Source: Octopus sinensis (Eukaryota). Taken from it: 64,000 nucleotides of DNA. The stretch covers positions 136,834,001-136,898,000 of the forward strand of contig NC_043000.1 of assembly GCF_006345805.1 (NCBI RefSeq). Reading direction: 5' to 3'. A program made the translations under genes and the position numbers. Numbering within the stretch: position 1 is the first letter of the stretch; every line of letters begins with the position of its first letter. This document shows, one piece after another, positions 1-14,328 of the stretch. Under the pieces are notes generated by a model. It was not told where the DNA came from, made no database searches, and worked only from the letters and a program-made list of their open reading frames with translations.

Positions 1-1025
1 ACTTCAAGAAAACCTTTGTATTTGGCTTTTGTAGACCTAGGGAAACCTTTGGCAGAATCCCCCCTCCATCATCTGGTAGTCAATGCAGAAACTAGGGATA
101 GATAAGTGGTTGGTGAAAGCAGTACAAGCCATGTTGTCAGTAAAATGAAGGTCGGCAATGAATAATCAGCAATAAATTTAGTGTACAAGTAGGAGTTCAC
201 CAAGGATCGGTTTACAACCCCTTCATGTTTATCATGCTCCTTCAGGGCATAACAGAGGGATTTAATACTGGCTGCCATTAGGAGTTCCTCTACGCTGATG
301 ACATTGTTCTTATAGCTGAATCACTATCTGAACGAGAGAGGAAACTTCAGGTGCGGAAGCAACGTCTGAAATATAAGGGCCTTCGACATGATCCAGTTAA
401 GACCAAAGTCATAGTAAGTAGGAAAACAGACAAATCTCAAATCCCTTCGATATGTGGGAAAGGTGTTGGTAGTATCTCCATACGGTGTTCCCAGTGCAAG
501 CTATAAGCACATAAGAGGCGCAGCAGTATCACGGAAAGGTTAACAAAAAAAAACAGTCTTTGTGTGTATGGCAGATATGTAGGTACAATAAACACTAAGA
601 ATGCACGGAGAATAGATTTCCTCAGATGTTCTAGAGGTTTTTTAGAAGTACTAGATAGCTTCCGTTAGCAGCAGAGGAGCAGGTTCTGAAAGCGTAGTTG
701 CTAGAATAAGAACAGGCCTTGCAAAGTTCAGAGAGCTACTAACTTTGCTGGTAACAAAGGGCCCCACCTTAAGAGTGAAGTTTAGATTGTATAATGCCTG
801 GGTACGTACAGCTAAACTACATGTCAATAAAACATGGGCTATGACTACAGAGGACATGCGAAGGCTTGAAAGAAATGAAACCAGCAGATTTCACTGGATG
901 GGCAATGTCAGTGTGCAAATGCAGCAGAGTGTAAATGACTTAAGAGGATAATTGAATATAGGAGGCATCAGATGTAGTGTGCAAGAAAGAAGACTACGCT
1001 GGTTTGGTCATGACACGTTGCCGTT
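1..1025 (+). mobile_element. Decayed RTE-clade LINE, reverse transcriptase region
   Basis: Frameshifted translation gives KPLYLAFVDL, VGVHQGSV, LYADD, and near the end RRLRWFGH; many stops. Confidence 0.85.
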
Positions 1026-1048
1026 CTTACATTCAGATATGTCTTCTG

Positions 1049-1050
1049 CG

Positions 1051-1122
<72 letters not shown>
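1049..1122. repeat. (CT)n microsatellite
   Basis: Direct read. Confidence 0.95.
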
Positions 1123-1334
1123 AATCGAGAAGTCTTTCCTCATGTGCCGGTGTCGCGTAAAAGCGCCTGTGTTGGTGCCACATTAAAAGTATCAAGTACA
1201 CTCTGTAAAATGGTTGGTGCTAGGTAGGGCATCCAGCTGTAGAAACCATACCTAAAAAGATAATTGAAGCATGGACATCTCTCTAGCTGGCCAGCCCATG
1301 TCAGCATGGAAAGCAGTCGTTAAATGATGATATA

Positions 1335-1428
1335 TGTGTGTGTGTGTATGTATATACATATACATACATACATACATACATGCATACATACATACATACA
1401 TGCATGCATGCATGCATACATACATACA

Positions 1429-1464
<36 letters not shown>

Positions 1465-1485
1465 TTTAAAAACAAGAGAAACTAC

Positions 1486-1546
<61 letters not shown>

Positions 1547-1560
1547 CGTGTGTGTATACA
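1335..1560. repeat. Compound (TG)/(TACA)/(TGCA)/(TA)n microsatellite
   Basis: Direct read; it produces the HTYI/YIYI pseudo-ORFs. Confidence 0.95.
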
Positions 1561-4500
1561 AAAAAAGAGAGAGAGAAAGAGATATGAATATATGTACGTA
1601 TGTTTGTTCATACTTCTAAATGTTATTGCAGTGACCTCATCTTCAACAGCAGTAACTTTGCTCACATATTGTAGGATTGCCTATTTTACTTTTGCGCTGT
1701 ATAATGACAGCAGTCCTGAGTGCAATGTTGGCAAACGAGCATGACAAGCAGGAGTTCTGAATCAGACAAAGCTGAAATTCTGTGATGAGTACACAATATT
1801 TTACAGACAAGCAATTGTGGATCACGCGTCTTGTAAGCTCTTACCGGAAACATTAACATCATTGGTGGAGTTAAGTTTTACTTTCTAATAGCTTTAGGGT
1901 AATTCAGCCTGGTATTTCAAGAAACATGTCTTCTGATAATTAGCCAGAGGGGCTGCTGGTATTTGACAGCTAGAAAAAAAGTATTGATATAATTTTTCTA
2001 GTACCCGCAGGAAAAGATCATCCCTCTCATCGTAGCCATTAGAGTTATGACGCGTTGCCAAGGGACAAATTGTTATTGTTATTGTTGTCTAGACCCATCT
2101 TTCTTAACAACATTATTTCTATGACTACATTATCCACTCTTTTAAGATGGCAAATATTTGATTTCAGAGGTGGGTCACTTGATTGATATTTCTACTTCCA
2201 CCATTGACTTGCATGGGTGAGGAGAAACAAATTATTAAATTTTGTGGTTGTAGATATGCTACTGTCATATTATTGTTGATCAACGGCTTTTAATCTTTTA
2301 CCATCACGACCTATTTTGGCAAATCACATCCTCCGCATCACCTTTATTAAAAATTCAAAGAAACAATTTTCTAAAGATTGAATACATTAATATTTGATAC
2401 TTTTCGTTAGTGAAGTATTACTAAATTTTCGTTTGCGATAAATATCTTGTTGCTCTTATATATATGGCCTATTTGTATAACATATTCATGAATATCGCAT
2501 ATTTTATCAAATATCTCAGAAAAAGAATGTTTGTTTTCTTGACTATTTCAGAATTATACTACAACAAAATTTGAATCACGACCGATAGCGAAGCGTTACT
2601 CTATAGATAAAGATTATTGCTTACGATTTTTCAGAAAAACATTGTTTTTGGCATATATTGTAGAGATGTGCAGTTTTATTTACATTGCAAAAATGCAGCA
2701 TACAGTGAACATTTACATTATTGTATTAGATCAATTTGCATTGTGAATTGTAACTTAATTACTAGCGATGCATATCAAATTATACACTGCACATCATACA
2801 ACTTGCTTATGCTGAGTAACATGCAACAGAAGAAAATTTTTCTCATTACATTTCCAAAAAATATAGAGAAGTAGGTGCAAAATTACATTTAGCTACTTGT
2901 ATATGAAAAACAGGTTCACATACGTACCATACGTTTGAGAATATTTCGTTATGACGTTTGTATGATTCAGTTTATGTGCTTACATATCCCTTTCATACAT
3001 AGTTGTACATATTATCCCTCCCAGGTCCTAAAATAATCAGTTTCGAAAATTCTGTTGTCAAGAATATGAGCTTTCTTGATTCAAAAATATCTGCATAAAT
3101 TTTAATCAAATATTAACTATTCGAAAACCCACCCAGTTATCCCTGTACATTCGCTTTTGAAGAATACCTTTTAAGATTAGGGATACTACTTCTCAGCTAA
3201 CAATATCTGTGGGAAATTGTGTTTTTCAAGCAATCACTCTTACTCCTTCCCAAAACAGTCTCAAACCAATAACCGAAATCACACAGTAAACTTTCTGCCC
3301 ATCTCACACAACACAAGCACTATATAAACGCCACCCATTAAATCATCACAAACCAGACAGTATATAATCTACATAATCGTTATCAAATAAAATAACACAA
3401 TAAATAAAAATAATTCTACGTAAGACACACTCGATATAACAGTCACGAATAATCCAACCAGCTTCTATAAAATTACCATAGAATAACACTATAACACAGC
3501 TCACACAACACACAATACAACAACACCCAATAAAACAAAAACAAAATCTCACACAGCGCATGCTCTGCACAAGGGAACAAAACGTTAAGTAACACCAGAA
3601 ATAAAACAAAAAAGCTCATAATAAATCTGATGTAATTCAGAAATACAAACCTACACTGTTCCAAACATAACTGAAGGGAACCCTTGAACAAAATGCGTTG
3701 CACCACAACTTGGTTATTTTGTTAATAAAGAATTGGTTTGTTTTTCGAACGACCATGGGTTTAATATTGTCGTCACCTACTTGTTACGTTTTAAACGTCT
3801 TTGAGTCCATTCCTTCACTGTTGGGTTTTCTTTCTTTTTTCAATAGATTTCCTCACCTCTTTATCTTCCATTATGCTTCCATTGTCAGAAGACGATGTGA
3901 TTGATAAAACAGAAGAACCCCATTTGTCGAGTTCGAGGATCGAGGACAAGATGGATAGTTCAGTCCGTCTTTCAAAGTTAGGGCCAGTGCTGCTTACTAT
4001 TATTGCTACTGTTGACCACTCTCCTCCTCCTCCCTGTCATTGCTAACCATGGTCGCGTGGAAGAGATATCTAGTAACGAACATAAAATACCGGGCACGAA
4101 ATGACATCATTTGCCATCGACAGCAATGCTACTGAAGCAGATACTTCTAGAAGTTATACTTTTACCATTTTTCTAGCTCTTCAGTAAAGTAAGTCCCAGA
4201 GAGGCTTTTGATGCCGCAAAATTTCTTTCTGACTTAGCTCTCACAAATGGGATCGTTTCAACATGAGCCTTATGATCTTCAGGGATTATAAGAACAGAAA
4301 TATTTACATTGACATCTCATGACCACGTATAATTATTCGCCATTTCTTCGTAATGCGAATAACTATGCATTACGAACAAATAGTGAGTGACGTAATAAGT
4401 CTCGATGGTGAAATAGAATTATTAATTTACAAAGGCGAAACGAACTAAGGGGATAAACGTCACTTTCTAGACCACAGACTTTCACTCTTCTATTATACTG

Positions 4501-6539
4501 CGCCATGTACTTAGACACAAGATTATGACAGTTATTTTGTGAACATCTGCCCATACCTCAATTTCAATACTGAAGGTTAGTCCCGTAAGTTTTGTTCTTT
4601 ACTACATAAAATATACTGTTCTAGACATCTTCGTGGGTCTCCCTTAACTGGTTCTTTAAGGGTATAAAGAAAATCCCCTTTTTCATTCTCGAGAAAAACA
4701 TAGATCAGTTTTGTTTCTGCACGCTTCTGAATACACTTTTCAGTGGAGACACAGTTCTTATGAACACAACTTCAGCACTGGCCTATTCGGATTGTTTTTT
4801 GTATTGAAACACTCGGCGTAGGAGGCGAGGCCAGTACTAGAGTGAAACGATATCGTTTGGTGGTGTTTATGCCTTAGTGTGACAGTAAATGTTGTTCTCG
4901 CGTAGCGAAATTACCAAATCACTTAATTGCATTTTGTTTCTGAAAACACGTCTACATTTTTAAAACCATGTTAATATTTTTCTGCTGTGCATCTGCAGAA
5001 GTGTTTGATTTTTTTTCCTGTTTGGTTTATATTACTTTCTTGACTGGTAGCTTTGAAAAATGTAGTCGAAACGAATGTAATCTAATATGTTCCAATAAAT
5101 TTGAAATAAAGTCCTTTTTCTTACGTCAAACAATTAAATAAAACCATTTACATTGTAAAATAGGGCAACTTGAAAAATAAAAAAATTAGAGATTCATCTA
5201 ATTTCTTTAAAAACAGACGTTAACATACACCTTGAGAAAAGGTGTTAATGTCTATTTGATGTCAAATCGAGATATTAAGAAATAAGATGCTCATTAGAAT
5301 ATTTTTTCAGTAACAAAATAAAACTTAGTAACTTTAAATACCTGAATGCACGTGTAAGATCTTATCTAATATTTCAAGGCTTTTGGACAGCTTTCCATGA
5401 GTGAATAAAGAGGGCGAAGAGAAACACATCTACTTATGCCAATAGTAATAATAATGTCCTTGAAGCTTGTAGGAAACTCATGAGTTATTTTTGATTTATA
5501 AGTTTCGATAAGAGGAATTGTCTTCATCAAATTTCTCGCAAGTAAGAGAGCACTGGTGATTGACACAGAAGCGTAAATCACGTATATATCTGGCTTTACA
5601 AAAAAATGTTTAAAAAACCGTAATGAGAGAATCAGAGCGGATAAGTGTGTCAAAGAAGGTTGTTCTTCATTACTTTCACCATCATCTTTGAAATATTGGA
5701 AATGAATGCTATAAAAATAGTAGCTGGTACGGTCAGAAGTGCTGTCTTTCTTGAAAACTGGAGCATGCTGTAACATGTTTCCAGCGACCTAAATATTATA
5801 TACTTGTATAAAGGAAGGAATTGAAGAAGTTGGCAAAGATACGGACTTAATCTGGTGCACCTTGTTTGAGAGTAATAAAGCGACAGTGTCAGAATCGGTG
5901 ACTATGTTTGGAATAGAATAGTACTTTCGCAACAACCATATATGATGAGTCCATATTGGTAAGCCTGATAGTGTAGAAAAGATAGTTTTGGAAGTACTTA
6001 CTATGTGTGTGAAGTGTGGAGGTGTATGCAAAACGAGCAGAAATATAAAGCTTTTTTTTCCAGGTGTATTGCTTGTGATTTGCATGTAGCCTGAACAACA
6101 AAGACACGCGATAAGGACACTTTGTGGCTTGCATGTTAGACATAAGTTCAGGGGCGTAGGTTGCATTGCAGTCTATGAATATTGAGAAAAAGGATGTAGA
6201 ATTGTTTAACAAGCTTAGTGATTCTCTCGACACCTAAAGAACATGTCAATCTGTCATGAATTCCTGATATATTTGCTGGACCGAGGTCTCAATGCTTTCG
6301 ACAGAGCGAACTCTTATAAATGCAATCATGGCCCAGGAAGTAACATTGAACTTGGCAACGTCAAATTCCTACCATCCAAATTATGAACGATAAAAATATT
6401 AATCACAAAGATTTAAAGTTTTAACGTAATGCCATATTTGGACTTCAGTATTTGACTGGCACTTAAAGATCCATAGGTAAATATCTCAAGATATTTTATT
6501 CATCACTTTACTTTTTATGGCATGCGCAGCTCCGTAATG

Positions 6540-6595
<56 letters not shown>

Positions 6596-6618
6596 TAGAA
6601 GAAGAAGAAGAAGAATTC

Positions 6619-8146
6619 TGATTCTGAGGAAAGCAAAGGGTGGGTATATATTCAAAAGCCTCCAACAAAAAGCCAACCACTTGTTATTCATGGATGACCT
6701 CAAACTCTATGGTAAAGATGAATCCCAAGTCAGTTCCCTCTTTGATACGGTGTATACTTTCAGTGCTGATATCAGAATGAAGTTCGGACTGAAAAATGTG
6801 GTGTATTAGTCTTGAAGAGAGGCAAGAGCAAATGTATGGACGGGCTAGCTATATCGTTAAGGGAGGTTATGAAGCAAATAGAAGAGACGGGCTATAAGTA
6901 ATTGGGGATATTGGAAATGGATAAATTTGATGCAGAAACAAATGACAGAAAAATTTAAGGTGGAGTACTTGCACAGACTGAGACTGATCCTTAAGCCGAA
7001 ATTAAACGGGCGGAATAAGATTGAAGCTATCAACACCTGGGTGGTTTCACTCCTTAGATATGGAGCAGGGGTAATTGCATGGACAGTAGACGAACCAAAC
7101 AACTTAGATAGAAAGACAAGGAAGTTGCTGTCTGGATATAGGATACTCCACCAAAAAAGTGACACAGAGAGACTCTATGTACCAAGAAAAATAGGCGGAA
7201 GAGGACTTATTAGATGCGAAAACTGCATTAGAGCAGAAGAAAACAACATAGCATAGTATGTAAAAAATGCCACAGAACCGCTATTATTGGAAGTAAGACG
7301 GTCAGGCTTGTGTAGGATAGAAGAGTGCAAAGATAAAGCACTGTACAAGCACTTGATAATGGAAATAGGTAGATAAAGAAAAGACATGGACATAGGGATG
7401 CTGAAGATAAGACCGACAGAGAAAAAAGACGGCTATGGATGACTAAAAGGGATTTAAAACCGGAAACGGAGGCTCCAATCTGTGCTACTAAAGAGCAAGC
7501 ATTAAGAACCAAATACATAAATACAGAACAGACAACAGATCAGAAAGAGATAAGTGCAGAATTTGTGGACAAAATGGTGAAACCATATGGCATATTATAT
7601 CAGTCAATGTACGCCACAAGTGCAGAATGAATATAAGAGACGTCATGACAATGTAGCAAGCATTGTCCATTGGACACTTTGCAACAAATATGGACTTAGA
7701 CCAGAAATGTGGTACGAACATAAACCCGAAGGCATCATCGAAAATGATAATGCAAAGATCGTATGGGGTTTTACGATTCAGTGTGACCAAGAGATAGAGA
7801 GCAGGAAAGCAGACATAGTCTTAACTGAGTAAGAAAGCAAACGATGTTGGATCATAGATATAGCATGCCCAGCTGACAACAAGGTATGCGATAAAGAAGA
7901 AAGAAAAGTCGATAGATATAACAGGTTAGCTTGGGAGGTTAAGCAGTTGTGGTCGCTGAAACGGTAGTAGTGGTATCAATAAGTCGAAGCCATGGGAACA
8001 ATGAGTAAAAATCTCGAGAAGTACATAGAAGAAATAGGGGCTGCAATAAGGGTAGAGCACTTGAAGAACACAGCACTGCTTAGTTCACTGGTAGTGAACA
8101 GCTGACACCATAGTACATCTCCAGTGTCAGAAGCTGTGCAAAATTA

Positions 8147-8150
<4 letters not shown>
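6619..8150 (+). mobile_element. 5'-truncated R4/Dong-clade non-LTR retrotransposon (RT plus restriction-like endonuclease), decayed
   Basis: HLLFMDDLKLY (RT), YKYLG, RLYVPRKIGGRGL, YKRRHDNVASIVHW (zinc-knuckle/RHD region), RKADIV and IIDIACP (RLE PD..D); frameshifts and stops; (TAA)n on both sides (6535-6597, 8152-8190). Confidence 0.92.
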
Positions 8151-8190
<40 letters not shown>

Positions 8191-8191
<1 letters not shown>

Positions 8192-8386
8192 CCTTTCTAC
8201 TATAGGCACAAGGCCTGACATTTGGGGGAGGAGGATAGTCGATTAGATCGACCCCAATACTCGACCCCGAAATGATGAAAGGCGGTAAAGTCGACCTCGG
8301 TGGAATTTGAACTCAGAACGAAAGGACAGACAAAATACCTCTAAGCATTTAGCCCGGCGTGCTAACAATTCTGCCTCCTCGCCGCC

Positions 8387-8388
<2 letters not shown>
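8191..8388 (-). mobile_element. tRNA-derived SINE family M (GGCGGCGAG head), tail type ii, between (TAA)n tracts
   Basis: Reverse complement shows the head, GAGTTCAAATTCC B-box and GTCGACTTTGCCTTTCATC core seen in more than 10 copies in this window. Confidence 0.85.
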
Positions 8389-8448
<60 letters not shown>

Positions 8449-9365
8449 TCTTTCTACTATAGGCACAAGACCGGAAATTTTGGGGAAGGGGCTATTCCAT
8501 TACTTTGACCCCAGTCCTCATGGTGGTTTTTTTTAGTAATGCTATCATAAATGGCAATAAACAAGTGTTATTTTATTTTACACTAGTTTGTTGAATAATG
8601 TAGTATGAAAAGACAATATTAAATTCTCGATGTACAGTATGCAGTCATTTTAGTATCTGAAAATTAAAACTAAGCAACACAGCGAATGAAACATTAAATT
8701 CAGATACTATAAGTTATATATCTGTATGAGAAATTACGAGAGAGGCAAAGAAGGAAAAAGAAAAAAAGGAAAGAAAGAAAGAAAGAAAGAATGAGAGAAA
8801 GACATTTTGAAATCCATGGAAATACATTTGTTTGTAAATATATCAGTTTAAATGTCATATTGCCAATGCTTTCTCATTGTTTGTTTCTACAATTTGGAAA
8901 CATAACAAATTGATAAAAAAAAAATTAAACGCCGTTCAGAAAATGTCAAACAGCTTTATCTTCAGAGATGATGATTCTCATAATGCAAATAATGTATAAG
9001 TATTCATGATAATTCCAAATATGTAGTGGACTAAGATGGCTAGCATTGAATAAAGGAGTGCTGCTAACATGGTAGGCAGCTCAATACAAACTTAATTTAT
9101 ACGTACATCGCAAGCTAGTTTCGTCTAATAAAAGTCACCGGAGTTTGTAGATACTAAAGCAATGTGATGGAGTAGGGACTCTCTTTACGCAAAGAAACAA
9201 GCAATAATAACACGCATCATAATATACAGCGTTTATAAACATAGATATTGCTCGTTTCAGTTAAAGTACAGTATAGTGAAGAAAATGTGAACCGAGAAGA
9301 AAGAATTTAGATATGTACTATTATTAATGTCACCTGAATATATGTGTCACTAATACTAGTGTTGT

Positions 9366-9610
9366 GGAGGCGCGTGGCTTAGTGGTTAGGGTGTCAGCAT
9401 CATGATCGTAAGATTGTGGTTTCGATTCCTACACCGGGCGACGCGTTGTGTTCTTGAGCAAAATCCTTCATTTCACGTTGCTCCAGTCCACTCAGCTGGC
9501 AAAAACCAGTAACGCTGTGATGGATCGGCGTCCCGTCCACCTGGGGAACACATACGCTATTGAAACCGGAAAGCCGGTACCATGAGCCTGGCTAGGCTTT
9601 AAAAGGGCGC
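9366..9610 (+). mobile_element. tRNA-SINE, head C (CORE-like), tail X
   Basis: GGCTTAGTGG A-box, GGTTTCGATTCC B-box, GTGTTCTTGAGCAA core; tail shared with 9833-10133. Confidence 0.8.
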
Positions 9611-9832
9611 ATTTATTTTTTTTTGATACCAGTGTTATGCGCCATGTGGATAAATTATATTTTGTAACGTTGAATGAAATGCTCTTAGTTAATAATCATA
9701 CAAGAGGTGCATGGGCATTGAGAAATCCTCTAAAGAAAGATGCTTAAATCTCCAAGTCCTCCCTTTGTGAATTGTGAAGTTGTGGAGATTTTGAATGTGT
9801 CTATGTTTATGTGTATGTATGTGTGTTTGTGT

Positions 9833-10133
9833 GAGGGCGCAATGCCTCAGTGGTTAGGGCAGCAGACTCGCGGTCGGAAGATCGCGGTTTCGATTCCCAG
9901 ACCGGGCGTTGTGTGTCCTTATCGAGCGGAAACACATAAAAGCTCTACGAGGCTCCAGCGGGGGCTGGTAGCGACCCCTGTTGTGCTCTTTCGCCACAAC
10001 TTTCTCTCACTCTCTCTTCCTGTTTCTTGAGTAACCCTGCGATGGACTGGCGTCCCGTCCAGCTGGGGGGAACACATACACCACAGAAACCGGGAAACCG
10101 GGCCCATGAGCCTGACTAGGCTTGAAAAGGGCG
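9833..10133 (+). mobile_element. tRNA-SINE, head G, tail X
   Basis: Head matches 58119; tail (GGCGTCCCGTCCA...CATGAGCCTG.CTAGGCTT.AAAAGGGCG) matches 9366. Confidence 0.8.
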
Positions 10134-10351
10134 AAGAAAAAGGAATGTGTGTTTGTATGCAAATATACACACATTTGTTTGTACACATATATTGGGATGT
10201 GCTTGTTCGTAATAATAGCGTGAAACAAAATATATTCAATTTTTAAACCTAAGTTTAACTAGTATCGGCCTGCCATACATTGTCTTTATAAAGAGAAATT
10301 TTGCATGTATACTAAGAGTTAAAGCATTAGTATAACAATGTACTGATTTGT

Positions 10352-10670
10352 CGGAGCACTCCGTCGGTTACGACGACGAGGGTCCCAGCTAATACAACCA
10401 ACGAAACAGCTTGCTCGTGAAATTAACGTGCAAGTGGCTGAGTAATCCACAGACACGTGTACCCCTAGCGTAGTTATCAGGGAGATTCTGCATGACACAG
10501 AGGGTGACATGGCTGGCCCTTTGAAATAGAGATCATTTTTGTCAGTTGAGTGGACTGGAGCAACGTGAAATAAAGTGTCTTGCTCAAGAACACAAAGTGT
10601 CGCCGGGAATTGAACTCATGACCTTACAATCGTGAGTCGAATGCCCTAACCACAAAGTCACGCGCATTCA
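10352..10670 (-). mobile_element. tRNA-SINE, head C, tail Y
   Basis: Head matches 9366; tail (CGTCGTCGTAACCGACGGAGTG) matches 58119. Confidence 0.8.
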
Positions 10671-10719
10671 CACTGATTTGTAAATATACAACTGTATTGT
10701 ATAATATGTAACACGCATA

Positions 10720-10917
10720 AGGCGGCGAGCTGGCAGAAACATTAGCACGCCGGGCGAAATGCGTAGTTGTGAGTTCAAATTCCGCCGAGGTCCTTTCATC
10801 CTTTCGGGGTCGATAAATTAAGTACCAGTTACGCACCGGGTCGATGTAATCGACTTAATCCCTTTGTCTGTCCTTGTTTGTCCCTCTACGTTTAGCCCCT
10901 TGTGGGCAATAAAGAAA
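10720..10917 (+). mobile_element. SINE family M, tail i, with 17-bp TSD AATATGTAACACGCATA
   Basis: Direct repeat on both flanks; family consensus. Confidence 0.85.
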
Positions 10918-11052
10918 TAAATATGTAACACGCATATTAGTGCAGACACGTAAACAATTTATTATACACTAGAATTATTATCACATGATGAAAGCTGCGA
11001 TTCAGCCGTAACCATAAGATTGTATCAAGTAGTTAAATAAATATATTCACCC

Positions 11053-11440
11053 AAGGTGGCGAGCTGACAGAAACGTTAGCACGTCTGCCGTTACGTTCTG
11101 AGTTCAAATTCCGCCGAGGTCAACTTTGCCTTTCATTTCTTTCGGGATCGATAAATTAAGTACCAGTTACGCACTGAGGTTCATATAATCGACTTAATCC
11201 GTTTGTCTGTCCTTGTTTGTCCTCTCCGTGTTTAGCTCCTTGTGGGTAGTATATAAATCGGTATTTCGTCTGCCGTTACGTTCTGAGTTCAAATTCCGCC
11301 GAAGTCGACTTTGCCTTTCATCCTTTCGGAGTCGATCAAATAAGTACCAGTTACGTACTGGGGTCGATATGATTGACTTAATCTGTTTGTCTGTCTTGTT
11401 TGTCCCCTCTCTGTTTAGCCCCTTGTAGGTAGTAAAGAAA
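11053..11440 (+). mobile_element. SINE family M dimer (one head, two body-tail units)
   Basis: Second unit restarts at GTATTTCGTC near 11260. Confidence 0.85.
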
Positions 11441-11675
11441 TAATATATATATTCACCTCTAATACCTCCTGATTTTTTATTGTTTATATATTCCTCACGA
11501 AATAATCCCATCGGTCGGATCGCCTGCAGTTCTGCTACATAGAATTCTGCATTACACACCACCATACTGGATTACTATCTGATTTGTTAGCCGAGTCTGC
11601 TAGAGGAGCTTTCTGTGATAGCCATACGATTCTATGAATCCATACATTACACTAAAAAGTTACACATTAATGTGT

Positions 11676-11722
<47 letters not shown>

Positions 11723-12383
11723 TGTGTGTACAGATTATTCTAAGATTTGTACTATTTTTTAACACCATTCAATTTACTTCTTTTATTTACTTGACTTCAG
11801 TCATATATGCTGATACTGCAATATTCTCAATTTAACGAACATCACTATATAATTAGTCTTATGCCTTGTGAGAGTCATGCTACCAATAGCCAACAAATTC
11901 TTGTGAAACAATTTCAAAAACGAAAACGCTATATAATTATTTGATTTAATGTGGCCAATTTATAAATCATAACAATCAATGTTTAATTAAGTAGCTCATA
12001 ATAATATTCTCGCGCTCTTACTGTCCTTCACTGCTCTAATTCAAGGATTACCATTTCCTGCGATTATTTCTTCTAATTTGTTCTTATTTCAAACTAATCC
12101 AACTTTACTTTCACAAATTTCACAATACTCATAGGAAAGCTAAAGTGTCTGACACCATTTCACTCTACTTCATGACTTGATTACTTTATAATAATTAATT
12201 ACGCTCAGAAAATTATGTAATCAGTAATATTCTTTAGTCTTTTACAACCATACTCTTCGAAACCTAATTCCAATTTGTAATTAAGCAAAAGCGCTTTTTT
12301 CATTGTTTTTCTTAAAATTAGATATTCCGAACGATGTTCACTTTAATTCTGGTGACTTCCCCTTCCTATACATCATAATCTTT

Positions 12384-12607
12384 CTATTTCTTTATTACCC
12401 ACAAGTGGCTAAACACAGAGAGGACAAACAAGGACAGACATAGGTATTAAGTCGATTACATCGACCCCAATGCGTGACTGGTACTTAATTTATCGACCCC
12501 GAAAGGATGAAAGGCAAAGTCGACCTCAGCGGAATTTGAACTCACAACGTAACGCAGACGAAATACCGCTAAGCATTTCGCCCGGCGTGCTAACGTTTCT
12601 GCCAGCT
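12384..12607 (-). mobile_element. SINE family M, tail i
   Basis: Family consensus on the minus strand. Confidence 0.85.
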
Positions 12608-12963
12608 CTCACCATAGTCAAACCCACAACTAATCAATTCTCCCCACCCCCACCCACCTCGTTACCTTCGTCTAAATAAAAAAATTAGCGACCTTTCTTC
12701 CGACCGTCATCCTTTACTAAACTTTCACTTATTTGTCCCCGCCTTTTACATTCCTTTTCTTCTTTTTCTCCTCGCTTTTCTTCTTTTCGAATAACACGTC
12801 ATACATGTGCGTTTTTGATTAATTCACTAATTTGTCCTGATCATTTCAAATATATATAAAACCAAAATCATTTGTAAATGCGTGTGCAAGTATACACGCA
12901 TCTCTCTCTCTCTTCTCTATTTGGTCCCCACCTCTCTCTCTCTCTTGCTCTCTCTCTCTCTCT

Positions 12964-13016
<53 letters not shown>

Positions 13017-13093
13017 ACATAAATATATATAGGACATATATATATATATGGCCACAGCTCAAGAGCTGAAACTGGAAAACATAAATAAAACAT

Positions 13094-13094
<1 letters not shown>

Positions 13095-13164
<70 letters not shown>

Positions 13165-13165
13165 T
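13095..13165. repeat. (GATA)n microsatellite
   Basis: Direct read. Confidence 0.95.
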
Positions 13166-13650
13166 ATAGATATATAGATATATATATATACACTTATTTA
13201 TGTATGTATATATATATAATTTTATAGTTCTCTGAATTTAACTTCTACGTGTGCAATCATACATGCATGTATGTAGTTAATTGATTTAAAAGCGAAGCTC
13301 CGAGGAAACTAGATGTGAAATGTATCGGCAAAAATTATACAAAGAATTTCGTGTGTTTGGATAAGTTCATACGGGGAGCAGATGCATCTGGCGTTTCGTG
13401 ACTCGCACTTCGTCTGAGCGAAAATACATTTTTCAGGTTCCACTTGCGTGTTACCCATGCTTAGCGAGGAGAGAAAGATAAGAGTATCTTTATTGTTTAT
13501 TTATGCTTTTTTTGTAGGTGACAAATTTGGCATAATCCCATTCAAGAATATTTTCGAAGTTTTTCTGTATGCTAGGAAAGCAGGTTTTGCGTGAGGTGTC
13601 AAGTTTGTAAGTGGTGAACATTTAGCTGTTGAAAATTATGGATAAGTAGA

Positions 13651-13696
<46 letters not shown>

Positions 13697-13803
13697 GTAT
13701 ATAAAAGTGGGTTTTGGTGATGATGAAGAGAGATAAGTCAGAGATAACTACATACATATATGCAAATGTACACATATATATATATATGTATGTGTGTCTG
13801 TTG

Positions 13804-13848
<45 letters not shown>

Positions 13849-13997
13849 AGATTAGTAGCGCGAAGCAGTCACAGGAAATTAACAAACTTTAGGTTAGTTC
13901 AAATACGTTTGGAGCACATTTCAACTCCTAAAGGCGATTTCTCACAGCAGTTTACTGTAAAGAAAAAAAAAAGTCACTTATCAGCTGAGAGCGCCCT

Positions 13998-14328
13998 CCT
14001 TGAACACCTAGATGTGCATTTCTGGTTCTTGTAAGTCTTTGTCTCCTTTCCCAGTAGCGGATACCAAAAGGAGGAGTTGACAGTAAGCTTTAGTTTTATA
14101 ATAAATCAGTAAATACTAGTTAATGATTACGCTAGTAGACCAACTAGTCTGATCAAATACATAAGCAGTGTATTTGAGCAGCAGGTGGTGTACTAGCGCA
14201 AAACAGTTACTAATATTTACTGGTTTGTTATAAAGCTAAAGCTTTCTATCAGCAAAGGGTTAATTCTTTTCGATATCCACTACCGAGGACGGAAAAGGAA
14301 CCTGGGATGCGCATCTAGCGGTCTAAGG
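13998..14328. repeat. Imperfect 330-bp foldback, probably an old MITE
   Basis: Arms align by eye, e.g. CTAGATGTGCAT/CTAGATGCGCAT, AAGCTTTAGTTTTATAATAAATCAGTAAATA/AAGCTTTAGCTTTATAACAAACCAGTAAATA, CTGATCAAATAC/CTGCTCAAATAC; loop 14161-14169. Confidence 0.8.

Noticed and set aside
3801-4195. Pyrimidine tract/AG, hydrophobic signal-peptide-like frame and GTAAGT
   Set aside because: Stops bracket every frame, so no coherent exon; could be UTR.
5366-6240. Cluster of 114-136-aa minus-strand ORFs with a faint RNase H-like VTDS motif
   Set aside because: Motif order is inconsistent and no family is recognised; possibly a very old TE.
9366-9440. tRNA-like A and B boxes here and at other SINE heads
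   Set aside because: They continue into SINE bodies without a complete cloverleaf, so they are not tRNA genes.
13518-13596. Acceptor followed by DKFGIIPFKNIFEVFLYARKAGFA*
   Set aside because: Short, unrecognised and without partner exons.
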